DNA from: Azolla caroliniana
Lineage: Eukaryota; Plantae; Polypodiophyta
Length of the DNA: 64,000 nt
Assembly: GCA_043228905.1 (NCBI GenBank)
Contig: JBHGNT010000016.1
Coordinates: 10,974,001 to 11,038,000, forward strand
Reading direction: 5' to 3'
Of this stretch, positions 37,611 through 50,032 are shown piece after piece. Both the position numbers and the translations under genes were made by a program. The notes below the pieces were generated by a model that worked only from the letters and a program-made list of their open reading frames with translations, was not told the DNA's origin and did not search any database. Each line of letters begins with the position of its first letter. The stretch's first letter is position 1.

Positions 37611-40600
37611 ATGGAACAAGTTTTGAACATTGTTGGAGTGATCTCTCCGACCGAGACCTCTCAACTCCAATCCGCATCTCGCACACAAGCTGAGATCACT
37701 ATTGAGCAATTGCTCACTACAACCTTGAATCAATTGGCCGAAATGAGGCACACCAATATGGCATTGGAAAAGAAATTCCAATAATTGACTATTGAGTCCA
37801 ATAAAGAAGGTGAACCTTCTTTTGAAGTAACACCATTCAAGGGAGATCAGAAAGAAAGAACTGAGGAGGCCATTAGCATTTGGCTTGGTCGTCGGGAGTC
37901 TCACTTTGAGCTCCACCCCAAGCCCGATGCTATAAAAATTGGTTATGTCGGTTGTGAGTTAGGTGGCCGAGCTGCTGCTTGGTGGCGCAGCCTAAGGATT
38001 GCAAAGAACTTACCCACAACTTGGGAAGGTTTCGTTGATGTTTTTAAGAAATAGTTTTTGATATCACCTTCTCAAACTGAACAAGCGCAACACTTGCTCA
38101 CGTTGTCGAGTAAGCCATTTACCTCTCTTGAGGATTATGTGCATCATGCTCGGACCCAAATCCAAAAATCAGGACTTATGGGTGAGAAATGGTTTGTTGC
38201 TTGCTTTTTGAATGGTATTCCCAATGGGGATTACCATTGGATTGTCCATGACAAGGACCCCACAACTTTTGAGGAAGCCATCAACATTGTACTTCGGTAC
38301 CATAGGTCTTCCAAGAAAGACCACAATAAACCTGAGTTCGCCAAAACTTTGAATGTCAAGTTCATTGGGAAACGTAAGCAATCCAATGACACTCTTGACT
38401 GTGACTCCAAGAAATTAAACCTCTTCTGTGCATATTGCAATAAGCGGGGCCACATAAAGAATACTTGTCGTCGTCTTGAGAGGAAGTCAATGAACACCCC
38501 TCCTCAAGACAAATCTACAACCACTTAAGGTCATGTGAATGCACTTTTCCTTCACATTTACTTGGACCTAATGATTTACTCTGAGTAGTCAGGTATATCA
38601 ATGGAACACAAGCACATTTCTTGTTTGATTCCGGTAGTTCTCACAATTTTCTTAATGATCACTTTGTGCAGCAAATGGAACTCCATATAAACACAAGTGA
38701 TCATATCTATCAAGTTCACATGGCAAATGGAAGCGTTCAATACATCAAATGCGAATTCAAATAGATACCTATTTGGAGAAGCTAGACTTTCATGCTATGA
38801 AACTACAACCCGCAGATGTCATTTTAGGATACCCTTGGTTTTTTAATAAAAACCCTTCTTTGTCCATTGATTAGGTTAATCACTCAATCACATTTGAACT
38901 TAATAATTGTAAACATTTTATTCAATGTTCCAAACTTCTTTCTCGTTCACTTGTGTCTTCTAAATCTTTAAGTTGGTATTTTAGTTCATTAATGTATTCG
39001 TGTGTAATTGATCATGCGATTCAATTTTATTATTTTAATATTGACGCCACACAATTACCACATTACGAACAATGATTACTCGACTCTATTTTAGACGATT
39101 TTCAAGACGTGTTTCCTAACAAATTCCCGCTTACTTTACCACCAAAAAGTAATGTGGACCATCAAATTGAACTCATCCCCGGTGTTGCTCCTGTGAGCAT
39201 TCCACCTTACCGACTTAGTCGATTAAAAGAGGATGAGATTGCTAAAAAATTTAAGAAATACTTGAGTAAAGGGTGCATTAGGTATAGTAAATCACCTTGG
39301 GGTGCGTCAGTTCTATTAGTTAAGAAGAAGGAAGGTTCATGGCGAATGTGTATCAATTTTGCCGTTTGAATAAAATGACAATTAAAAATGCATATCTGTT
39401 ACCTCGTGTCGATGGTTTGATTGATCATTTGCATGGGGCCTGATATTTTACGAAAATTGACTTACGAACAGGTTATCATCAAATTCACATTGCAAAGGAT
39501 GATATTCTTAAAACAACTTTTCGTACGTGTTATGGCCATTATGAGTTTTTAGTCATGCCATTGGGGGTTGACTAATGCTCCAACCACATTCCAAGAAGTG
39601 ATGAATAACGTTTTTCGAGATCAACTCGGTGATTTTGTTGTCGTCTTCTTGGATGATAGTTTGATATATAGTCGTACCTTGCAAGATCATGTTCAACATG
39701 TTCGATTTGTTTTGCAAGAGTTGCGTGATAACTCTGTCTATGTAAAACATTCAAAATGTGATTTTTTCCCAAAATCTATTGTGTACCTAGGTCATTTAAT
39801 TATGGAAAATGGCGTGGAAATTGAACCTTCTCGTATTGAAAAGGTTAAACTTTGGCCCATTCCTCGTAATATTTGTGAACTGCGATCATTCTTAGGGTTT
39901 GTTGGATTTTTACGAAAATCAATTCATAACTATTCCAAATTGACTATGCCATTAACTTACCTTTTAAAAGGTCATCCATGTAAGCCTGTCAAACCGATTG
40001 CATGGAATGAACAACTTGACAAATCATTTGAGACACTCAAAGAGCATGTGTGTCAAGCTTCCACTCTTCTATTACTGGACCCTTCTAAGCTTTTCTCAAT
40101 CGAAACCGATGCTAGTGATTATGCTATTGGTGCCGTTCTTTATCAAGGTGGTCACCCTATTGATTTTGAAAGTAAGAAACTTGATGCTGCTCAATCCCGG
40201 TATTCAGTTCAAGAGACAAAGTTGTTTGCGGTAATACATGCACTTAAAACATGGAGGCATTATCTCTATGGAAATAAATTTGTGGTTACAACAGACCATC
40301 AATCATTGAAGTATTTTTGTGACCATCCAAATCTTATTGGTCGTAAAGGCTATTGGGTTGACCTTATGCAAGATTTTGATTTTTCCATACGATATCACAA
40401 GGGTTCTATGAACACCGTTGCAGATGCTCTTAGTCGCATTAAAGAAGTTAACATGCTTAGCTTCACGGAAATAAAATCTGATCTTTTAGATCACCTTCGA
40501 GGGAAATACCTTGATGATAGTTATTTCTCAAAATACTAGACGAAAGCCGAATTTGGTTTAGATGCCGTTACTAGCACCCTACCCTCGAAGGTGACCTTTC

Positions 40601-42383
40601 ACATTACAAACGGTTTCCTCTACCGTAGTGGAAAGGTCTATGTTCTAGATTTACCAAATGTAAAATAGTAAATTCTTCATGAATGTCATGATGTACCATC
40701 CGCGGGTCATCTTGGAATATAACGCACAATCGTTCTCATCTCGAGCACTTTTTTCTGGCCTAAGATGCACTCTGACGTGCATAAATACGTAACTCAATGC
40801 TTACAATGTTAGATAAATAAGTCAGAACGACTTAAAGCTACTGGTCTTTTACATCCCTTAGATATTCCCAACAACAAATGGGAAAGTATCTCAATGGATT
40901 TTATTGTTAGTTTACATCGTACACAGAGGGGTCATGATGCCATTTGGGTTGTCGTTGACAGACTAACAAAATTGGTTAGATTTATTCCTACCAAAACCAC
41001 GGTAACCGCTCAACAATTGGCTAATCAATTTGTTGATGAGTTATTTCGTTTTTATGGATTACCGATGGATATTATTAGTGATCGAGATTCCTAGTTTACT
41101 AGTGACTTTTAGACTCAAGTCTTTAAGAAACTAGAAACTACGTTGAGCATGAGTTTCGCAGATCATCCTCAGTCTGATGGACAAACTAAACGAGTTAATC
41201 AAATTATTGAGTACATGCTTCAAGCTTATGTAGCGAAAACCCCTTCTAAGTGGGAACAATGCCTTCCTATCTTAGAATTTGCCTATAGTAGCTCTAAACA
41301 TACATCCATTGGATATAGCCACGTGTCCCAGTCGATGTCACGATTCACCTGATACATTAGATATTACATGCAATTTTTTGCAAGACATGAAACAAATGTT
41401 GCATATTGCCAAAGAAAATGTCAAGACAACTCAAGATCGTGCTTGATTTTATGTTGATCAAGAGAGACGTCCTCGTGCATTTACTATTGGTCAAAAAGTT
41501 TTTTTGCATGTCCCGACTAACTCTACGTCATTGTCTACGGGCAAGTGCGCTAAGTTAGCCCCACGATATTGTGGCCCATTTAAAATCCTTATGCGAGTTG
41601 GTTCATCTGTTTATCACCTTGCCTTACCCTAACGTTGGTATTCATCCTGTTTTTCACGTCAGTGATATAAAACCATTTTTAGGCTCTGGTGATAACACCA
41701 TCACAATCCAAGATCTTGTAACATTAGAGGATTTTTCTTACAAACCACATGTTCCTGAACGAATTCTTGATTCTCGTACTAAACGTGTATGGTCTAAAGA
41801 GATTCTGCTATTCAAGATCAAATGGATGGATAAACCTATTGATGATGCCACATGGGAACGTGAGCATACTCCTAAGGCACAATTTCCTCACTTCATATTG
41901 CAAGAATGCAATCATTTAAAGTAGGGGAGTATGTTATGTACACATAACATTGGTGAGGGTAGGTCACTAATATTTACATTAGTGAAGGATATGTTCACTA
42001 ATGTTAAAAAGGGGCTAATGTGATTGGATACAAGGAATGATAGGTGCATGCACTATCATGATTTGGGCAACCAATGAATGGAGACCCTTTTAGAAAGGCA
42101 CATCTATTCAAGGGGCCTAGGAAAAGGTATAAATATGAGGCTTAGCTACCCTCATAAGCACATTACGTTGAAAGGTTGTTGTCTTAGACACCGGTGGTGC
42201 GGGCCAGGGTTTCATCTCAACGATCATGTTTATCTCTTCCAAGGTATTAGTGATCCTAATATCCAACGGTATGGGACGTCAGTGGTAGCTCGGGGGTGGT
42301 CGGGTGGAACAGGTTCTTCTATCCAATCTATTTTCCTTCGTTTACCTTACTTTGGTCTATTGATTAGTAATACACACTTAACA
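37611..42383 (+). mobile_element. Chromovirus (Gypsy with C-terminal chromodomain), decayed; 3' LTR 41932-42383; no matching 5' LTR seen
   Basis: gag with CAYCNKRGHIKNTC, protease LFDSGSSHNF, RT (SPWGASVLLVKKKEGSWRMC, FLDD), RH (ETDASD), INT (SMDFI, HPQSDGQT), chromodomain PERILDSR..KIKW...DATWE. PPT aaagtaggggag, then tgtta...taaca. Confidence 0.92.
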
Positions 42384-43140
42384 ACTTCCTTGACTTTTCG
42401 ACTCGCCTCTTCATCTAGCAAGCTCGACTTCACTCTTGCTAGGGATAGTTGCTTTCCTTCCGGCCCGGCGTTACCCAAAGTGACAACTAGGATCTCCCAA
42501 CTATCCAAGAGGTAACCAAGGATAGCAACACAAGTACCTCATCGGCCAGAAGTACTTCCAATGAGGTGGCTTGATTTATGAGCCCTTGGAAGGCATTCAT
42601 GTGCTCCACCATACTGGAGCCGTCTTGATATATGAGTCTCACCAGCTTTCAAATAACCAAAACTTGATTCACGGCAGTCTTGTTCTGGAACATGATGCCT
42701 ACCTTCTCCAAGAGTTCATGAGCCTTGCTTTCTTCGTTGAAGTTGTTGTACAGGCTCATGTCGATGAAGCATCTGATGTGTTCCATCGTCTTCATGTGCA
42801 TCACCTTCCATGTCGTGCCATCGATCTTTTCCGGTTTCTTGTCCTCGAACTGTATCGGCAACCAGAGATCTTTGACCACGAGCATGTTCCTCATCTTCGA
42901 CTTCCACACTAGGTAGTTGGAGCCGGTGAGCTTGAACATGCTTCCAGATAACTCTTCCATTTTCTTGTTTGCTCTGATACTAGTTTGTGCGGAATAGCGC
43001 TCGGCCACCACTGAGTCTCAAACTCTTTATGAAAGAACAAAATAGAAATGGAGGTTCGTACACTTACATAGAAGAGATGACACTCGTCCGATCCCACTCC
43101 TCCAGATCTCATCCGGATCCCATGCAGAGGGACCGAATTC
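42384..43140 (-). mobile_element. Truncated Copia gag (B-like family) with PBS and LTR stub
   Basis: MEELSGSMFKLTGSNY...; PBS gctctgatacta at 42971-42982; LTR-like cgctcggccac follows. Confidence 0.85.
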
Positions 43141-43460
43141 CCAACAGACGCGCTCTGTCTAACCGTCAGTCTGAGGGTGATAGGCGGAGGACAACTTGAC
43201 GGAGATGCCTAAAGTTTGTAGCATGCACTGCCAGAAGTGAGAGCCAAACTCGGGTTCGCTATCAGAGATGACATCGTTGGGGAGGCCATGCAAACAGAGC
43301 ACATTATTGAGGAGTAGATGTGCCATTCCTTCTCCAGAAATAGTTTTTGAGCATGGAGTGAAGTGAACCATCTTTGTAACCCGATCAACAACAACCAACG
43401 CCGAGTCATAGCTATTGACCAAGGGTAGATCGTTTATGATGTCCATAGAGATAGAGGCCC
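43141..43460 (-). pseudogene. Gypsy integrase core fragment
   Basis: SMDII.DLP...VVVDRVTKMVHF...ISDS...SSAYHPQTDG (ORF 43159-43446). Confidence 0.85.
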
Positions 43461-46400
43461 TGTTAGGAATATGTCCTAGTGGGAGCAGTTGACTGATCAG
43501 ACGAGAGCCGATGGTTGAGGAATCAACTCAAAGAGAGTTGATGGAGGTTGAAGACACGACTTGGCTAGTTGGGTCAATGACCAGGCCGACTAGTCGGACC
43601 GACTAGACAATCGATGAATGAGTTAGCTGATTAGTAGGACTATTATTATTATTATTGGATAATAATAATTACCATGATTGTAAATAGCCCATTCTGTGTA
43701 TTAGTATAAATACACCTAGGGCAAAAAGAACATGGAGACAAATATATGGGTGAGCCTCTGTAGCATAGAGATATAGAGAAGAGAAAAGAGTGTGAGGGAG
43801 CATGAGTGAGTGAGCGGCGCCATAGCTGTGATAAGAACAACATACTCCAAGAGTCCTTCAGGGTTGTTTACACTCTATGTAGAGAGTGTTATACTCTAAT
43901 CTTGTTGTTGTATATCCATTGTGTAGGGAAGCTCCGTTCTCCGTGGTTTTCAACCACTTTAGGGTTTCAACGTTAAATTTGTTTACACTGCATTCTATGC
44001 TTTAGAGTTTGTGGATTGCCGATTCATTTCGCAGCAAATTGGTACCAGAGCTTGAGGTGCAAGCATGGAAGGAGGTGTGAGTGGCTTCCTAGGAATGATG
44101 GTTCTAAACTCTCAGAACTATGCAGACTGGAAGATAAAGATGGAGGACCTTCTCATAGTCAAAGACTTATAGGAGTCGATCGATAGAGCAGAAATACCCA
44201 CGGGGGTGGTAGAGTCGGAATGGTAACTTCTTAACAGAAAGGCGGTGGCCACCATCCGACAATGCGTCGATGTAAGTATCCTTCAGCATGTGACGAACGA
44301 CACAAATTCCCACGAGATGTGGCAGAAGCTGTTAGATCTAAATGAGAGGAAAAACGCCTGAATAAAATCACACTGATTGAGAAGAGTATTCGGAATAATC
44401 TTCGGCCACAACCTAAGCTTAGATCACTTAATGATAATCAAACACATAAGAAATGGGAAATGGAAGTAAGTACACAAACAGAAAGAGAATGCACAGGATG
44501 TTAACGTGGAAAACCCTAGATGGGAAAAACCACGAGAGTCCAAAAAACTCCAACTCTCACTATACAAGAATAATACAACAAGGGAACCCAGAGGCAACGA
44601 CCTTGTGCTCACAACAATCTTTGCTTGGTGGCAGTTACAATGGAGACTCGCTCTGTCTGTCTGTCTGTTTGTCTCTCTTTCCCTCTACTACGCTCTATAC
44701 AACAGTTACACCAATATCACTATACTAAATAATGACAGCACAATGGTACATACACACTCTGTTTGCGTTAGGTCATATTTATACTGATATGACTTTCAAG
44801 CTATGTAAAAATATAGCCACAATGGGCTAATAGAAACATATTTCGATATATGTCCCTCCATCCGGTGAGAGGTTCTCATCGGGCATGCGTCATCTGGTTC
44901 TCACCGGGTTTTCCGTTGCCAGGTACTCATATCCCATCCGGAGGGACCGAAATACTAACAAACTCCCCCTTCACTCCGGCATGGGATGCTTCATCAATCC
45001 AATCCTCTTCCTGCATGCATCTAGCTTGTTAGGTGTCAGCACCTTGGTCAGCATATACGACCCGTTCTCCTTCATGTGGATCTTCGTCAGCACGAACTCT
45101 CAATCTTCCACTCGCTCCCGAATCCAGTGGTACCTCCGCTGGATGTGCTTCATCCTAGAATGATACGCTACGTTCTTCGCAAGGTGGATGACACTTTGAC
45201 TGTCTCAATAGAGCCGATATTCCTCTTGCCGGATCCCTAGCTCATCAATGAAGTCCTTCATCCATAGTATTTCCTTGCCGGCTTCCATAGCCGCCATGTA
45301 CTCCGCCTCCGTGGTTGACAATGCAACCGTCTTTTGCAGCCTCGACTGCCACGAAACAGCTCCCCCTGCATATGTCATAACATATCCGAATGTTGACCGG
45401 TCGGTATCCGCATAAGCCGACATATCCGAGTCGGTGAAACCGTCGAGTTGGGGTTTACTGGAGCCGAATTGGAGACACACAGTTGAGGTGCCTTTCAAGT
45501 ACTGGAATATCCATTTTACTGCATTCCAGTGCTCCTTGTCGGGATTTCTCATAAAGCGGCTCACCACTCGGACTGTGTATCCAATATCCGGTCGAGTACA
45601 CACCATTGCGTACATTAAGCTTTCGACGGCAGAGACATATGGTATCTTTATCATATCTGCCTTCTCTACCTTCGTCTTTAGGCTTTGCTTACCGGATAAC
45701 CTGCAGTTTGCCGAGAGTGTCGATTTGACCGGTTTTGCATCTAACATGTTGAACCGCTGAAGCACCTTTGTCACGTACTTCTCTTGTGACAGCCATAATT
45801 GCTTCGTTGACCAGTCCCGGATGATATGCATCCCCAGTATATCTGTCTTGCTGGACCCAAGTCTTTCATTGAGAAGGTCCGCTTCAGGGCCTTCTTCAGC
45901 ATCTGTATCTGGACTTGGTCTCGTCCGACGATCAACATGTCGTCCACGTACAGGAGGAGTATCGGGAAGTCTCCACCTTCGAACTTCTTCACAAATACAC
46001 AGTGATCGACCTGCGTCTTGTGGTACCCTTGATTGGTCATGAAGGAGTCGAACTTCTGGTACCATTGCCGGGGGGAGCCTGCTTCAAACCATAGAGGCTC
46101 TTCTTCAACCGGCAAACCAGGTGCTCCTTCCCTTTCTTCACAAATCCCTCTGGTTGCTGCATGTAGATCTCCTCTTCGAGGTCACCATGGAGGAACGTTG
46201 TCTTCACGTCCAACTGCTCTACCTTGAGGTCCATGCTTGCCTCTATACTCAGCACCATCCAGATGGAAGTCATCTTTACTACTGAGGCAAATATCTCGTC
46301 GAAGTCCACGCCCTTCTTCTGCTAGAACCCCTTCACCACGATCCTGGCTTTGTATCTCAGGGGGTTGTCGGCATCTCCCGGTTTCAGCTTGTACACCCAC

Positions 46401-49400
46401 TTGTTTCGGAGTGCCCTCTTTCTTTTCGGCAACTCCAGCAATTCATATGTGTGGTTCTCATGCAGGGAATCCATCTCGTCCTACATGGCACTCAACCACT
46501 TGCAGCTATGGGTGTCATCTTTCGCTTCTTCGAAGCTTTTCGGCTCCCCCTTATCGGTCACCAACACATGCTCTACATCTGGAAATCTCCGGGGTGCTCT
46601 TCTTTCCCGGAGAGGATATCTACATCCTCGGTTTTCGGTAACTGGCTCCTGTGTCTGTTCTTCATCCGAATCCGATTCGAGGTCTTGGCCAGTTCCAGTT
46701 TCTACTTCTTCTTCTTCTTCGGTCGGTTCGGTATCCTCATCGTAACCGGCCTGTTCTTCGAGTGTCAACCGGCTCTTAGCCGGGTAGGTCCGTATCTCAT
46801 CGAATCGGTCCTTTCCGGGCAACTTAGAGTTCATTATCTTCTTCTCTGACTCCCAATCGGCAAGAGTCTTGTTCTCCATGAAGATAATATCTCGACTCTG
46901 AAAAACCTTCTTGTCGACCGGATCCCACACTCGGTAACCGAACTCATTATCGTCGTATCCGAGGAATATGAAAGGCCGCGACTTTGGATCCAACTTTGCT
47001 CTCCGGTCCTTTGCAACATGCATGTAAGTGAGACATCTGAACACCTTCAGGTGCTGGTAAGACACTTCCTTACCGGTCCATACTCTTTGTGGCGTGTCTC
47101 CGTTCAAGGGCACTAAGGGTGATCTGTTTATCACATACGTCGCTGTCGACAACGCCTCAGCCCAAAATGTCTTGGGTAGCTTAGCATGTGCTAAGCATAC
47201 TCCGGACCCTCTCCATTATGGTACGGTTCATCCTCTCGGCCAGCCCGTTTAGTTCTGGCGTCTTCGGCTTGGTAAATTCTAGCCGGATTCCCTTCGAGCG
47301 TCAGTACTCCTCAAACTGCCCCTGGTATTCGCCTCCGTTATCTGCTCGAATCGCCTTAAGCTTCCAGCCGGTTTTTCTTTCCACTCTTTCGTGGAACTCC
47401 TTGAAGATGGATAACACCTGATCCTTCGTCTTCAGCGGTGAGACCCACAACTTCCGGCTGTGGTTGTCTATGAACGTCACGAAGTACTGCGATCTGGCAT
47501 GTGACTTCGTGTCCACTTGACACACATCGGTATGCACCACCTTCCGTGGTGCATTGCGTCTCATCGGTGGCCTTGATCGGAAGGAGGTCCGGTTTTGCTT
47601 ACCGGCCAGGCAGTTGGTGCACCTCTCAAGATGCACATCCTTCACCGGAATGAGGTTGTCATCGGCAAGCCTCCTCATCCCCTTCTCGCTCATGTGGCAC
47701 AGTCTCTTGTGCCACAACTCACCGGTAGTGTCGGATGCCACGTTCACATCTTTCGGGCATAATCGGGCATAATCGGGCATTCATCAGATACAACGTGTTG
47801 ACTTTCTAGGCCCGAGACACTACCAGGCTCCCTTTGCTGAATTTCATGACACCGTTCCGGATGCTATACATGTAGCCTTCATCATCTAATCGATCGGCTG
47901 CTATCAGGTGCAGTCGAACTTCCGGAACGCGTTGAACATCCTTCAGCAACAACTTGCATCCGGTTGGTGTTGTCAGCCACACATCTCCTCTGCCAAGAAT
48001 TCGGCATATACCTTCATTCCCCATGCGGACACAACCGTGATCACCGACCATGTAGGATGAGAAGCATTTCTGGTTCGGGGTAACGTGGAACGACGCTCCG
48101 GAATCGACAATCCACGTTGACTCGTCGCCGGCAAGGTTCAACTCACTCTCCTCAGTGATGAGCATCAACTCTTCTTCACTTGCCACGATGTCGTCGTTCC
48201 CTTTCGGTCCGGTCCCCTCTGGTCTTTACCGTTCCGCTCCGGTACCGCTTCAAATTGGTACTATCGGTTTCCTTGTCTTTCTGGAAATGCCAACAGTTCT
48301 TTTGGAAGTTCCCCGACTTCCCATAGTAGAAGCAAGTGGGCCTTCCCCTTAACTTTGACCGTGTCCCTGACTTTTCCCGGTTCTAGAGACTCTGGTTCGT
48401 TTGTCTTCCGCGTTCCGATTCGATAAGGAGCGCTTTGGAGTCGAAGCTCGTATCCTTGTCTTTTCGACGCGCCTCCTCATCTAGCAAGCTCGACTTGACC
48501 ATTGCTAGGGATAGTTTTTTTCCTTTCGGCTCGGCGTTGCCCAACATGACAACCAACATCTCCCAGCTATCCGGGAGGGAACCGAGCAGGAGTAGAGCAA
48601 GTACCTTATCGGCGAGAGGTACTTCCAGAGAGGTTGCTTGGTGTATCAGTCCCTGAAAGGCATTCATGTGCTCCGCCATGTTGGAGCCATCTTGGTACCA
48701 GAGTCTTACTAGCTTCCGGAATATCGAAACCCGATTAACAACATTTTTGTTTTGAAACATAATACCGATCTTCTCCAAGAGCTCATGAGCCTTGGTCTCT
48801 TCATTGAAGTTGTTGTATAGGCTCATGTCGATGAAGCACTGAATGTATGACGTCGTCTTCATGTGCATCACCTCCCACATCGTGGTGTCGATCTTGTCTG
48901 GTCTCTTGTCCCCGAATTGAACCGGCAACCAAAGTTCTTTAACCACGAGCATGTCCCTCATCTTCGACTTCCACACTGAGTAGTTGGAGTTGGTGAGCTT
49001 GAACATGCCTCCCAACGAATCTTCCATTTTCTGTGTTGTTTCGCTCTGATACCAAATTGAGAAGAGTATTCGGAATAATCTTCGGCCACAACCAAAGCTT
49101 AGATCACTTAATGATAATCAAACACAGAAGAAATGGGAAATGGAAGTAAGTACACAAACAGAAAGAGAATGCACAGGATGTTAACGTGGAAAACCCTAGA
49201 TGGGAAAAACCACGAGAGTCCAAAAAACTCCAACTCTCACTATGCAAGAAGAATACAACAGGGGAACACAAAGGCAACAACCTCCTACTCACAATCTTTG
49301 CTTGGTGGCGGTTACAATGGAGACTCGCTCTGTCTGTCTGTCTGTTTGTCTCTCTTTCCCTCTACTATGCTCTATATAACAGTTACACCAATATCACTAT

Positions 49401-50032
49401 ACTAAATAATGACAACACAATGGTACATACACACTCTATTTGCGTTAGGTCATATTTATACTGATATGACTTTCAAGCTATGTAAAAATATAGCCACAAT
49501 GGGCTAATAGAAACATATTTCGATATATGTCCCTCCATCCGGTGAGAGGTTCTCACTGGGCCTGTGTCATCTAGTTCTCACCGGGTCTTTCTTGCTGGGT
49601 AGTCATCATCCGGTTCTCATCGGGTCTTCCATTTCCGGGTACTCATATCCCATCCGGAGGGACCGAAATCCTAACAATGATAAGAAAGATCGTACAACTA
49701 AAATATAAAGACGGTGAGAGCATCGTCGAACACATCAGCACATTCATGGGGTATGTAAATCAACTTGCTGCAACCAAGTTTCCCCTTGATGAGGCTATGC
49801 AGGCCATCTTGCTAATGTGCACACTACCAGATAGGTGGGAGAACTTGGTGGTTACTCTCAGCACCTCCTGCCAAGAAGAGAACTTGTCTTTACAAGCGGT
49901 GAAGACAAGCATCTTGAATGAGGAAGCGAGAAGGAAGGACAAGGGTGTCCTAGTCCAGTCGGAGTCAAATTTGACTCAACATATCGGGAGAGGAAGGAAA
50001 CGGCAAAGAAGTCCACCGAGGAGAGAAAAGTC
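43461..50032 (+). mobile_element. Copia D (C-like family): 5' LTR 43461-44036, PBS, gag split by element E, truncated at ~50032
   Basis: tgttagg...gcagca, then tggtaccagagc (44040-44051). gag MEGGVSGFLGMMVLNSQNY at 44066-44377 resumes at 49677 (MIRKIVQLKY). Confidence 0.88.
44378..49676 (-). mobile_element. Tork-like Copia element E, full length, decayed (relative of B)
   Basis: LTRs 44378-44960 and 49058-49676. TSD ctgat/atgat (4 of 5). PBS-Met 49043-49054, PPT 44961-44972. gag-PR-INT-RT-RH fragments highly similar to ORF 23447-27211. Confidence 0.95.
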
